This document shows, piece by piece, positions 8,684 through 17,406 of a stretch of 63,745 bases of DNA. Made by a program: the position numbers and the translations under genes. The DNA is from a virus (lineage: Duplodnaviria; Caudoviricetes): positions 1 through 63,745 of the IMG/VR virus record IMGVR_UViG_3300032164_000012. One strand, written 5' to 3'. Each line of letters begins with the position of its first letter. The stretch's first letter is position 1. The notes beneath the pieces were generated by a model that did not search any database, had not been told where the DNA came from, and saw only the letters and a list, made by a program, of their open reading frames with translations.

Positions 8684-8899
8684 ATGGCCGATACCACCGA
8701 CATCAACAAGCTCCCACGCCCGAAGGTGAAGCTCACCGGCACCAACGGCAACGCCTACTCCGTGATCGGAACCACCGCACAAACACTTCGCAAGGCCGGC
8801 TGGACTCGAGAGCAACTCCACGCTTTCCAAGTCGAAGCCATGGGCGGCGACTATGACCACGTTCTTGCTACCTGCATGAAGTACGCGGACGTGAGATGA
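8684..8899 (+). CDS. conserved small phage protein
   Basis: PKVKLTGTNGNAYSVIG...AGW...GDYDHVL pattern; GGAGG RBS. Confidence 0.7.
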   Translation: MADTTDINKLPRPKVKLTGTNGNAYSVIGTTAQTLRKAGWTREQLHAFQVEAMGGDYDHVLATCMKYADVR

Positions 8900-9069
8900 C
8901 ACTCCCCAAGACAAGCTCCCACATCAAGCGATGCTCGCGATGCAAGAAAGTAGCAATCGCGAGGTTGTGGCTTTGCCGATCCTGCGGCGCGCGGTGTTGC
9001 GAGCACTTCTGCTCCAAGAAAAGCGGAGTAGAGGCAACCTGCGGTTCTTGCCAGCTAGCTAATCGATAG
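8896..9069 (+). CDS. 57-aa Cys-rich zinc-finger protein (absent from ORF track)
   Basis: hand translation MTLPKTSSHIKRCSRC...CRSC...CCEHFC...CGSC; ATGA overlap. Confidence 0.55.
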   Translation: MTLPKTSSHIKRCSRCKKVAIARLWLCRSCGARCCEHFCSKKSGVEATCGSCQLANR

Positions 9070-9071
9070 CC

Positions 9072-9371
9072 ATGAAACGCCCTAGCCCCGCCCAGTGCCC
9101 CTCCTGGCTTCCCGAGGCCCCCATGCCGGCCTCCATCGCTTCGGCCGCCCTGACGGGCAGCCAGGCGCTACCGGAAGGCTGGATAGGCATCGATGGGGAG
9201 ATCCGGATCAAAGACGGCAGGTGCCCTGAGCACGGATGTCCCCTGATTGACCTGGGGGTCGACCCCATGACCGGCCGGACCCTGGTAATCTGTCCGGAGT
9301 GCGACTTCGAACTAGATGTGAACGTGCAAGGGCGCGTCCACAGGGCGGTTCTTCGCTTCGCAGGAAAGTAG
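9072..9371 (+). CDS. zinc-ribbon protein
   Basis: CPEH...CPEC. Confidence 0.55.
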   Translation: MKRPSPAQCPSWLPEAPMPASIASAALTGSQALPEGWIGIDGEIRIKDGRCPEHGCPLIDLGVDPMTGRTLVICPECDFELDVNVQGRVHRAVLRFAGK

Positions 9372-9380
9372 CTAGGGGTC

Positions 9381-9408
9381 TTGACAATCACCAGCTTATT
9401 GCTATAAT
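9381..9408 (+). promoter_or_regulatory. consensus sigma70 promoter, near-leaderless
   Basis: TTGACA-16-TATAAT with TGC; ATG at 9416. Confidence 0.85.
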
Positions 9409-9415
9409 AGGAGAC

Positions 9416-9829
9416 ATGACGAACTGCCAACCCACGAGCCTCGCCGAGCGCATCATGGTCCTCGACCGCGAGCTGACCGACAAGGGGACGATGGCTGATG
9501 AGTTCCGGCCGCAGACCCTCGATCGCGCGCAGGTCGAGCGGGTCCTCACCATCCTCCTCTGCGGCGAGGTCGACTTCAAAGGACGCCGTGATCTCATAGA
9601 CGCCACTTTCTGTGACGAGTGCGGCTTTCAGCGCGACGACCTCGAGGATACCGACGACGGCTGGCTCTGCGTGAACTGCCGCCCCGCGCCGGCCGACGAG
9701 GACGGACAGTGCCCGACATGCCACGGCGAAGGCGTCCTCCCGACGGGTGGCGGCTACGAGGAGCGTTGCCCTGACTGCCTCGCGGACATCACCGCCGAAC
9801 GCGCCGACGCCGCCTACGACGATCGCTAG
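9416..9829 (+). CDS. acidic protein with multiple CxxC zinc fingers
   Basis: CDEC, CVNC, CPTCHGEG, CPDC. Confidence 0.65.
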   Translation: MTNCQPTSLAERIMVLDRELTDKGTMADEFRPQTLDRAQVERVLTILLCGEVDFKGRRDLIDATFCDECGFQRDDLEDTDDGWLCVNCRPAPADEDGQCPTCHGEGVLPTGGGYEERCPDCLADITAERADAAYDDR

Positions 9830-9838
9830 GAAGGGATC

Positions 9839-10000
9839 ATGAGCCGACGCAAGCCTACCCTCGACGAAAAGCTGCTGGCGCAGATCCGAGCCCTCCCAAC
9901 CGAGGCCGCTCCGCTGTACCAGCGCAAGACCTGGTTCCGAAACATCCGACGGGAGATTGCCCGAACAATCTGCCGCCGGCCTTACCGTGAGGACAGCTGA
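9839..10000 (+). CDS. 53-aa hypothetical protein (absent from ORF track)
   Basis: AGGAAGGG RBS, ATG 9839, TGA overlaps the next ATG. Confidence 0.5.
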   Translation: MSRRKPTLDEKLLAQIRALPTEAAPLYQRKTWFRNIRREIARTICRRPYREDS

Positions 10001-10320
10001 TGCCCCCGAGACCGATCGAGAACAAAGTTCCTCTACCAAAGCTCTATGCCTTCTGGAAGCTCGGCTGCTTCCCCTACGTGCTGGGCGGGGAAATCGTCCG
10101 CTGGCGTGACGACGGGTGCGTAGAGACGAAGGAATACGGGCCGGGCCTCTGGTGGAAGCCGATCAAGATCTTGCCGGTGGAGGCGGGGAAGAAGCTCCGC
10201 GCCGAGCTGGAGGCCCTCAAGGAGCGTGAGGACGAGGAGCTGAAGGCTATCTACAACCGGATGGACGCGGAGCTAGCCAAGCTGTTCCCCGAGGCCGTCT
10301 GCTGCAAGCCCGAGGGGTGA
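10000..10320 (+). CDS. hypothetical protein
   Basis: GAGGA RBS; LYAFW..FPYVLGG pattern. Confidence 0.65.
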   Translation: MPPRPIENKVPLPKLYAFWKLGCFPYVLGGEIVRWRDDGCVETKEYGPGLWWKPIKILPVEAGKKLRAELEALKEREDEELKAIYNRMDAELAKLFPEAVCCKPEG

Positions 10321-10335
10321 CAAGTGAGGCCATTG

Positions 10336-10635
10336 ATGAGCCCCAGTCAGCGGCTACGCGAGCTGTGGCAATCGCGCGCTCGCATCGGCCGTTGCCAATA
10401 CTGCGGCGCGAAGGCGATCGTGGTCGAAGTCTGCTCGAGATGCTCCTGGATCGGGGCACTCTGCGCCTGGCACAACAACACCAACATCGACGGCGTGCCG
10501 TCCATTCGGCGAGTGATGAGCGCGCATCAGAACTTCCACAGCCCTAAGGTCAAGAAGCGCCGCATCCTGTCGGCAAAGCGGAAAGTCCAACAAGCGGCCG
10601 ACACCCTACAGGCAACCCTGCACGAAACACGATGA
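10336..10635 (+). CDS. zinc-finger hypothetical protein
   Basis: CQYC, CSRC, CAWH. Confidence 0.55.
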   Translation: MSPSQRLRELWQSRARIGRCQYCGAKAIVVEVCSRCSWIGALCAWHNNTNIDGVPSIRRVMSAHQNFHSPKVKKRRILSAKRKVQQAADTLQATLHETR

Positions 10636-11045
10636 ATCCCTACCGCGAACCTTGCCCGCCACCTCCCCCACCACCTCTCTTTCCCGAAGAAGTTGTCCAG
10701 CGCGCCCTCGAAGCTGTCCGGCACATGAATCGACCCTGTCCGGAGAACCTCACCATCGACGAGACTACCTGGGCAATCGGTCCCCTCTCCCCCGAGAGGA
10801 ACAGCTGGTGGTGCAAGGCAAACAAGTACCCAGGGAACTGCTCCCCACACGGAACCGTCGGCATCATGTCGCTCGAGTTCGCTGGTATCCGTCAATGCTG
10901 CCAAGAGCAGCGAGCAGCGATTCTGGCTCTCGCCCAGCTTCCTCGTCTCTGGCGCTGGCGCGCCTGGCTGCGGCTCAAGCTTGCCCGTCTGCAGCTCGAC
11001 CCCTCAAACGACGGTTTGCCTTTTCTCTTGCCGAAGCTCTGGTAG
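10632..11045 (+). CDS. hypothetical protein
   Basis: ATGA overlap with the upstream ORF. Confidence 0.5.
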   Translation: MNPYREPCPPPPPPPLFPEEVVQRALEAVRHMNRPCPENLTIDETTWAIGPLSPERNSWWCKANKYPGNCSPHGTVGIMSLEFAGIRQCCQEQRAAILALAQLPRLWRWRAWLRLKLARLQLDPSNDGLPFLLPKLW

Positions 11046-11081
11046 CGATCAGATTTTCGAGAGGACACGCGTCTACAGGAT

Positions 11082-11609
11082 ATGAAGCGCCACGGCGAGA
11101 GCCACCTAGACCACGGCATAGGCGAGCCGCAGATCGCTTTCCTCCTCACCAAGTACGCCGACCGGCACGAGTTCTTCATCGACACCTTTCAGCTCCCTGA
11201 GGAGCTGGGGACCGTGCCGTGTGGGCTCTACGGCCCCGTAATGGGCGACGAGCCGGTGCCCGAGGCCGAGGTCCACTACGGCCGGCGCGGCGCGCGCGAG
11301 TACGATTCACGCCTCGTCAACCGGCCGACGCGGCAGGTCCGTGATGTCACCATCATCGCCGGCCCGCACGACGAGGAGATCCCCTGCCCAATGTGTCAAG
11401 GCGGGGTGTCGCCGATGGGTGTAGGCACGCTGACCTGCCACTACTGCACCGGCACCGGCAAGCAACAGATCCACCACGACTGCATCATCTACACAGTGTT
11501 CGGCGGGGCGCTCTCCCCGCAGGAACCTGGCGACCCGGGTGTGGCCGGCAACCCCGAGAAGCTGGTGGCCAGCCAGAAGTTCTGGGCCGAGCACGCGCTC
11601 GCGAAGTGA
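11082..11609 (+). CDS. conserved hypothetical protein with an inserted DnaJ-type zinc finger
   Basis: CPMCQGG...CHYCTGTG; strong GC3 bias; C-terminal FWAEHAL. Confidence 0.7.
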   Translation: MKRHGESHLDHGIGEPQIAFLLTKYADRHEFFIDTFQLPEELGTVPCGLYGPVMGDEPVPEAEVHYGRRGAREYDSRLVNRPTRQVRDVTIIAGPHDEEIPCPMCQGGVSPMGVGTLTCHYCTGTGKQQIHHDCIIYTVFGGALSPQEPGDPGVAGNPEKLVASQKFWAEHALAK

Positions 11610-11654
11610 GGAGGGCGGGATGTATCCGCCCTGGCTCTGTGCTAGCATCGGCCC

Positions 11655-12152
11655 ATGACCGCCGAGTTCAAGACCCTGATCTCATGGGCGCGAGCCGCCC
11701 TGAATCTCCAAGAGGTGAGCGAAGTCCCTCCGCTGGAGGACGCCTTGACACGTATGAAACCGGTGATCAAGAGAATCCAGGCACTGGCCGACAAGCTCGA
11801 TGCCGAGGCAGCTCGCATCGAGAAACTGGACCCTCGCATCGATCCCAAGCTCGAGGCCGAGTTGAGCGCGGTCCGGCAAACGGTGATCGCTGCCAAGATT
11901 CCCGCGTTCAATATGCAGGGTCCTTGGGGCTTGCAGAACGAACCCGGTCCCGAAGCCGCCTACTACTCGGGCAAGAACAAGTCAGCGGTGAAGGAAGCCG
12001 AGACAGCCATCAAGGAGACGGCCGCCAGCCTCCACGGGCACGCGCGCGAGTTGCGCACGATGGCATCCTCAGCCGAGGATGCCGTGAAGAAGTACTACGC
12101 GCAGTACGGCCCAGGCACGCCGCACGCCGAGAAGAACAAGCCTCGCAAGTAG
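11655..12152 (+). CDS. helical protein, candidate head-internal protein
   Basis: TGC-TAGCAT 7 nt upstream (leaderless); FKTLISWARAALNLQE leader. Confidence 0.65.
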   Translation: MTAEFKTLISWARAALNLQEVSEVPPLEDALTRMKPVIKRIQALADKLDAEAARIEKLDPRIDPKLEAELSAVRQTVIAAKIPAFNMQGPWGLQNEPGPEAAYYSGKNKSAVKEAETAIKETAASLHGHARELRTMASSAEDAVKKYYAQYGPGTPHAEKNKPRK

Positions 12153-12162
12153 TTCCTTCCTG

Positions 12163-12191
12163 TTGACAATCCTTCGTCCGCTTGCTAAGGT
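12163..12191 (+). promoter_or_regulatory. sigma70-type promoter, leaderless
   Basis: TTGACA-17-TAAGGT with TGC; ATG 12198 at +7. Confidence 0.8.
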
Positions 12192-12197
12192 GCCCGC

Positions 12198-12506
12198 ATG
12201 GGTCACCAGCAGCAGTACACCCAGTGCATTCTCCGCCGCCGTCTTGAGGATAGAAGTGAGCAGGTCGACACCGCCTGGATTCCGACGCAGTTCGCCAAGG
12301 TCGGCAAGGTGCTGAAGCTCCGCACCGTTCCCGAGCGTCCGGACTGCTTCGGCGGAGCCCTCGCGGGCATGCACCCAAACGAGAATGCGGCGACAGCCTG
12401 GGTCGACGGTTGGCGGGTAGCCGAGACCGGCAACACTCGCGACGCCGCCTGGCTCCTCGACCACGAGCGGGACTGGAAGACTCAACGGCAGGCATCGGAT
12501 ATCTAG
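12198..12506 (+). CDS. conserved hypothetical protein
   Basis: YTQCIL...TAWIP..FAKVGKVLKL...GW.V pattern. Confidence 0.7.
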   Translation: MGHQQQYTQCILRRRLEDRSEQVDTAWIPTQFAKVGKVLKLRTVPERPDCFGGALAGMHPNENAATAWVDGWRVAETGNTRDAAWLLDHERDWKTQRQASDI

Positions 12507-12538
12507 GCTGTCGAACCATCTAGTGAGCAGAAAGGGGC

Positions 12539-12598
12539 TTGACAATCTCCTGCTTGTTGCTACAGTAGAGGTGTCGAGGACAGAGTCCTTGAAGGAGG
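12539..12598 (+). promoter_or_regulatory. promoter with 5' stem-loop and RBS cassette
   Basis: TTGACA-16-TACAGT; TCGAGGAC/GTCCTTGA hairpin, then AGGAGG. Confidence 0.8.
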
Positions 12599-12605
12599 CA
12601 CGGCG

Positions 12606-13577
12606 ATGATGAGCATGACCCCCGATTGCGCCGCTCGAAACTGCGCCCGTTGCGGTCATGAGCTGACCGATGCCGCTTCGATGGAGGTTGGGATCGGCCC
12701 CATCTGCCGCAAGCTAGACAGCGCCCTCCTCGCCACCCTGATCCCCGCCGACGTCCCCACCGCGCAGACTGTCTTCCACAACGGCCTCGAAACCGCGCAG
12801 GTGCCGGCGATCTGCTTCCACACCCTCGCCCTGGTCGAGACCGTGATGAAGGCAGGGGAAACCAACGACTGGCGGGAGACGGTGAAGCGCATCGAGTGGC
12901 TCCTCAGTTTCTCGATCGGCAACACCAACCGCGAAACGCTGATCAAGACAGTCGAATGCCTCGGCTACATCGGGCTAGCGAGCCTCTGGCGCGGTGAAGC
13001 GGCAACCGGCCCCAGCACGGTGGTCTTCGAGAACGGTCGCCTCTGGCTGGTTGGCCCCCGCAACAAGGCGGGCACGAAGGCCCTCCGCGCGATCCCCGGC
13101 CGAGCTTTCCATCCGGCGAGCAAGAGCGAGAAGGCGACCTGGTCAGTCCCCGCCTCCAGCGCTGCCGAGTTCCGGATGGCAATCTTGACCCACTGGCCCA
13201 ACAACCAGGGGCTCATCGAGGCGCTCATCGCTGCCAAGGAGTACGAGGTCAAGCTGGCGCAGGCCCAGAAGGAAACGATGCTCGCAGCAACGGTGGTGGA
13301 GAAGGTCGCATACCCCACCCAGAAGAAAAGCACGGTTGAAACCTGGTTCGCGCAATCGGACTGCTTGATCGAAATCACGCCGACGGGGATAGCGCGCGTC
13401 AAGACACCATACAGTGCGAGTTTCGTCGCGGAGATCAAGTCGTTGCCGTACAAGAACCGCAAGTGGGTGGCTGCCGAGAAAGTTTGGGAAGTCATCGACA
13501 CCCCCACCGAATGGCTGGTGGCTCTGCTCAAAAAGCACTACCCCGGCGAGGAGCCGGTCGTGAAGGAGATCGCATGA
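12606..13577 (+). CDS. DUF6011-like zinc finger plus HARP-like domain protein
   Basis: CARCGHELTDAASMEVGIGPIC; KTPYSASFVAEIKSL...KW....KVW. Confidence 0.6.
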   Translation: MMSMTPDCAARNCARCGHELTDAASMEVGIGPICRKLDSALLATLIPADVPTAQTVFHNGLETAQVPAICFHTLALVETVMKAGETNDWRETVKRIEWLLSFSIGNTNRETLIKTVECLGYIGLASLWRGEAATGPSTVVFENGRLWLVGPRNKAGTKALRAIPGRAFHPASKSEKATWSVPASSAAEFRMAILTHWPNNQGLIEALIAAKEYEVKLAQAQKETMLAATVVEKVAYPTQKKSTVETWFAQSDCLIEITPTGIARVKTPYSASFVAEIKSLPYKNRKWVAAEKVWEVIDTPTEWLVALLKKHYPGEEPVVKEIA

Positions 13578-13906
13578 GCGAGAACGAGAAGCCCGAGGAG
13601 GGTAAGGTCGAAGCCCAGGAGTTCACCCGCACCGACATCCAGCAAGCCATCGAGCCGGCCGTCAAGAAAGCGCTGGCCGACATGGGACTGGTTTTCGAGA
13701 CGATGTCGGGGGATCACATGCGCCGCACGGTGCGGGCGATATTCCACATCGCTGCCCGCACTTGCATCGACCGAGGAATCCCGCCGCAGCCCTTCATCGG
13801 CCAGGCCATGGAAGCCTACGGCAAGGAGGCTGGAGCCAAGAACCCGGAGGAGTTGATCGCCATCCTCAAGGCGAATCAAGCGAAGAGCAAAGGCGACGTC
13901 AACTAG
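13574..13906 (+). CDS. hypothetical protein
   Basis: AAGGAG RBS, ATGA overlap. Confidence 0.7.
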   Translation: MSENEKPEEGKVEAQEFTRTDIQQAIEPAVKKALADMGLVFETMSGDHMRRTVRAIFHIAARTCIDRGIPPQPFIGQAMEAYGKEAGAKNPEELIAILKANQAKSKGDVN

Positions 13907-13943
13907 CAAACCAACGCCACACAACGGACGAACGAGGAGACCC

Positions 13944-14486
13944 ATGGACGACAAGACCGACAACCCCAGCACCCCCATACCCGAAGGGACCGCAGCGCCC
14001 GACAGCGCGGCTCAGCCCGAGGCCCCGGCCGAGGCCCCGGCCGCCAAGGCAGCGCCTACCTGCGGCAAGGTGTGCCCCCACTGCGGCGAGGTTCACAGCC
14101 ATCCCGAGCAGGCGGGACCGAGCTTCGAGCGCGCCGAGATCCAGAAGATGATCGCCGAGGCCATCGAAGCGACCTACAAGGAGAAGGGCGTTCCCCCGAC
14201 GATCTCCCACAAGCGCCGCACGATCCGCGCCCTGCTTCGCCTCGCGGTCGCGCGTATCCTGGCCGAGGAAGGCCAGGTCTTCGGGATGTTGGACCTGCTC
14301 TCCGAGGCCGTCTCCAAGGAGAGCGAGACGGCCGGCAAGAAGCAGCGGATCTCGGTCATCGACACCTCTGCTGTAGTACCAGGGATGGTCCTCGTGACCC
14401 TCAAGCTGGTCGACCTCGACAAGCTGGGCAAGCCCGAGACGACGGCGGAAGAGGAGGAGGAAGAGGACGAGGGCGACGGCGGCTAG
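13944..14486 (+). CDS. hypothetical protein, acidic tail
   Basis: GAGGAG RBS. Confidence 0.7.
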   Translation: MDDKTDNPSTPIPEGTAAPDSAAQPEAPAEAPAAKAAPTCGKVCPHCGEVHSHPEQAGPSFERAEIQKMIAEAIEATYKEKGVPPTISHKRRTIRALLRLAVARILAEEGQVFGMLDLLSEAVSKESETAGKKQRISVIDTSAVVPGMVLVTLKLVDLDKLGKPETTAEEEEEEDEGDGG

Positions 14487-14681
14487 ATGCCGGCGGCCTT
14501 CAAAAAGACTTGCCGCACTTGCGGCGGAGAGGCGGTAGTCCCTCCAGCCCTTCCCGAAGTCGAGAAGGAGCTGGAGGGGCTCCGTCTGGAACAGCGCGAG
14601 CTGGAGGGGAAGCTCGGGCGGGTCTTACAGCGTATCGAGCGCCTGGAGGATCTCCAGCGCCGTGCTACTCTCGGCGTCTGA
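14487..14681 (+). CDS. small CxxC/coiled-coil protein
   Basis: abuts both neighbours. Confidence 0.5.
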   Translation: MPAAFKKTCRTCGGEAVVPPALPEVEKELEGLRLEQRELEGKLGRVLQRIERLEDLQRRATLGV

Positions 14682-15049
14682 TGGACATACCCCGTGACCC
14701 TGTCCTGGAAGGCCTCTCTATCACCGACCGAGCCTACGCAGCTCTTTCCGGAATCGCGATGGGGTGGCTCGAGAACTATCGAGGTTTCCGCTGCGCCTGC
14801 CTGTTGTGCGGCATCCGTATCGACCGACCACGCGAAGACTGTCCTCGAAATCTTGTGGTCTACGAAACGATACTGGCCTTCCTAGTCGAGATCGGCAGGC
14901 TCAAATGCGAGCACTGGGGAAAGTACCAGGACATGCGCAACGATCCTGAATACAGCTCGAGTGAAGACATGATCAACGTCCTTGCTTTACTGAAGCGTGG
15001 ACGCGTATCACATGGTCGCCCAAGGAAAGTCCCATGCCAGGAAAGCTGA
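14681..15049 (+). CDS. hypothetical protein
   Basis: TGATG overlap; ATG 14681. Confidence 0.5.
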   Translation: MDIPRDPVLEGLSITDRAYAALSGIAMGWLENYRGFRCACLLCGIRIDRPREDCPRNLVVYETILAFLVEIGRLKCEHWGKYQDMRNDPEYSSSEDMINVLALLKRGRVSHGRPRKVPCQES

Positions 15050-15621
15050 TCTTCGTTGAAGGGATCGATGGTAGCGGAAAGTCGACACTGGCCAAAGCAC
15101 TACACACGCACTTCCAACCGGATTCGGTACTGCTGCGCTTCCCGTCAGACTGGCCAATCGGCAAGCTCATCCGACAATCGTTCGTCGACGCTTCGCTCGA
15201 CCGCTCCACCTACCTCTACCTGATGGTCGCCGACGCCATCGACGCCGAGCGACACATCAAGAAGTTCCTCGCGGATGGAGCTACGATCATCGCCGATCGG
15301 CACACGCTGCTCTCGGGCTACGTCTATCAGCAGGAAGACCACCACCTCGATGCAATCTACGATGTGCAGCAGACGCACGAGTGGCTGAAGCCGGACTCCA
15401 TTCTCATTGTCGACGTGCCGGCGGACGTGGCGCTGGATCGGCTACGCGGGCGCGAGAAATACGTTGACCGCGTGTTCGAGCACAATGACCACGACTACTA
15501 CGAGCGTCTCCGGCAACGGTACCTCCAGTTCGCCAGGGATTCGACATGGCCTGTCCACATCATCGACGGGACTGGCACGCCTATCGACGTCTTGAACACC
15601 GCCTTGCAGGCTCTCGACTAG
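15034..15621 (+). CDS. tmk: thymidylate (dTMP) kinase
   Basis: IFVEGIDGSGKST P-loop, RFP, IADR, KPD..VDV. Confidence 0.9.
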   Translation: MPGKLIFVEGIDGSGKSTLAKALHTHFQPDSVLLRFPSDWPIGKLIRQSFVDASLDRSTYLYLMVADAIDAERHIKKFLADGATIIADRHTLLSGYVYQQEDHHLDAIYDVQQTHEWLKPDSILIVDVPADVALDRLRGREKYVDRVFEHNDHDYYERLRQRYLQFARDSTWPVHIIDGTGTPIDVLNTALQALD

Positions 15622-15634
15622 CTGGTAAGTCGTC

Positions 15635-15796
15635 ATGGACTCACACCTACCTCGGACGTCACTGGGAGAATTGCTGGTGGCGCAGCACTCCATCGTCCCC
15701 CTTCGTACCATACGAAAACGTCACGTTCTTCGAGCCTTACTGACGATCCTGCTAGCCCTTTGCGTCGTCGGGCTAATCACGTCTCTGCGCTATTGA
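15635..15796 (+). CDS. 53-aa membrane protein (absent from ORF track)
   Basis: hand translation ends RKRHVLRALLTILLALCVVGLITSLRY; the stop lies in the next TTGACA. Confidence 0.5.
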   Translation: MDSHLPRTSLGELLVAQHSIVPLRTIRKRHVLRALLTILLALCVVGLITSLRY

Positions 15797-15821
15797 CAAT
15801 CCCCCTGATGTTTGCTACATT
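15793..15821 (+). promoter_or_regulatory. sigma70-type promoter
   Basis: TTGACA-17-TACATT with TGC; GCCCC/GGGGC leader hairpin before AAGGAG. Confidence 0.8.
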
Positions 15822-15864
15822 GAGAGATGCCCCAACACGAGAGGGGCGGACAAGGAGACGAGCA

Positions 15865-16659
15865 ATGTGGGTGTTCATAGGAGTGGGTTTCTTCTCGGTG
15901 GTACAGGATAAGAGCGACGCAAAGCGTCTGATGGTCCGAACGAGGATCGACGGCGACCTGGAGGCGCTGCGGACCAGGTATCTGCCGGAGCTGACCGCAA
16001 CACTGAAGCTAGCCGGCTCCGACTACCCGTACCGCGCCTTCTGCCTCCGCCCTGAGTTGGCGGCGGCGATGGTCAACGTGATCTTCGACATCGACTACAC
16101 GAACTTCAAGAACATGGTGATGGACCGGCAAAGCCTAGCGCGAGAAAAGCTCTACGCCCAGGTGTGGAGCGTGATGAGCCACGCCGAGGAGAAAATCAAG
16201 CAGCTCGAGAACGACGACAAGCGATGGAAGGAGAGCTGGAAGGACAAGCAGGGCGCGGGGTGGTACGACTCAGGCTACGGAGGAACCTCCGGCTACGGTG
16301 GGCAGCTCGCCCTCCCTATCAAGTCCGACTCTAGCCTCGATACGCCGCCAGCTCGAGCCAACCGGAGATGCCGTCAAGGGCATCACCTCTGGATCGAGGA
16401 CCAGTACGGGGTCTATTGCCGGCGATGCCAGAAGAATGGCACCTGGGATGATCTGTACGGGCAGAAAGGGTTGCCCAGCACGAACGATCCGACTCGCAAC
16501 GAGCTACCTCTCGGAGCGAACAATAACAAGACAGTCGAACTAGCTGATGACATGGTGCTGTCGAACGGGCGAGACACGCGGCCCCTCTCGCTCCTCGGGG
16601 ACGCGGCCCTCGAGAAAGCTATCTTCGGCAACGGTAACGGCAAGAACGGGAAGCACTAG
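15865..16659 (+). CDS. conserved phage protein of unknown function
   Basis: MWVF..GFFSVV...VR.R...DYPYRA...IDYTNFK pattern. Confidence 0.7.
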   Translation: MWVFIGVGFFSVVQDKSDAKRLMVRTRIDGDLEALRTRYLPELTATLKLAGSDYPYRAFCLRPELAAAMVNVIFDIDYTNFKNMVMDRQSLAREKLYAQVWSVMSHAEEKIKQLENDDKRWKESWKDKQGAGWYDSGYGGTSGYGGQLALPIKSDSSLDTPPARANRRCRQGHHLWIEDQYGVYCRRCQKNGTWDDLYGQKGLPSTNDPTRNELPLGANNNKTVELADDMVLSNGRDTRPLSLLGDAALEKAIFGNGNGKNGKH

Positions 16660-16668
16660 AGGGCTCCG

Positions 16669-17406
16669 ATGTCCATGGCCCACCATGCTCCGTTCAACAC
16701 GTACCGTCGCAAGAACTTCGTTCACCCGCACGCCATCCTACGTCTGCGCGAACGCATGAAAGCACTCGGTCGGATCGATCATCGTCCGGACCAGGATCTC
16801 GGCAATCTGATCGACGAAATCGTGGCTGGGGCGTTCGCGACGGGGCAGGTAACTCGAATCGAGGACCGTCGCGGTATCGGCTGGCTGGTCGACCTCGACC
16901 TTCTCGCGCAGTTCGACTTCCAGATGCTTGCCATCGTCCGACAGGCACACAGCGAAGTCAGCAAGAAGGTCGTGGTAACGGTCGTTGACACAACGATCTC
17001 CGCTTTCCTGACCAGGCTTCAGCAGAACCGAGATCCGGAAAGAGACGAGCCGGACTCGATCGGTGCTGAGGCAGAGGAGGAATCCAACGATGGAAATCTT
17101 CCGATGGCCAAACTAGCTGATACCCCTGCTGGGGCAAAGCTAGCCCTGTTCAAAGTCGAACCCCCGAAGGAGATCAAGATGGAGACCCCCGCAGCGTTGT
17201 CGCCGAAGACCGGCGGCCCCGTCATCACCGAGCGCGTCCTCTACTGGCGTACCCTAGACGGCGCAGGGCACTACGCCCGCTACCAAGCCGACGATCTCGG
17301 GAAAGCGGTGCTGGACCTGCTGCAGGCCGGCATTCCCTTCAACTCCATCGAGGTATGGGCTCCCAAGAAGTTCAGCTTCAACTGTGTGCTCCAGGAAAAC
17401 CTGTGA
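16669..17406 (+). CDS. hypothetical protein, N-terminal HAxxRxxER (BECR/DUF4258-like) domain
   Basis: HPHAILRLRERM...VVVTVV. Confidence 0.5.
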   Translation: MSMAHHAPFNTYRRKNFVHPHAILRLRERMKALGRIDHRPDQDLGNLIDEIVAGAFATGQVTRIEDRRGIGWLVDLDLLAQFDFQMLAIVRQAHSEVSKKVVVTVVDTTISAFLTRLQQNRDPERDEPDSIGAEAEEESNDGNLPMAKLADTPAGAKLALFKVEPPKEIKMETPAALSPKTGGPVITERVLYWRTLDGAGHYARYQADDLGKAVLDLLQAGIPFNSIEVWAPKKFSFNCVLQENL

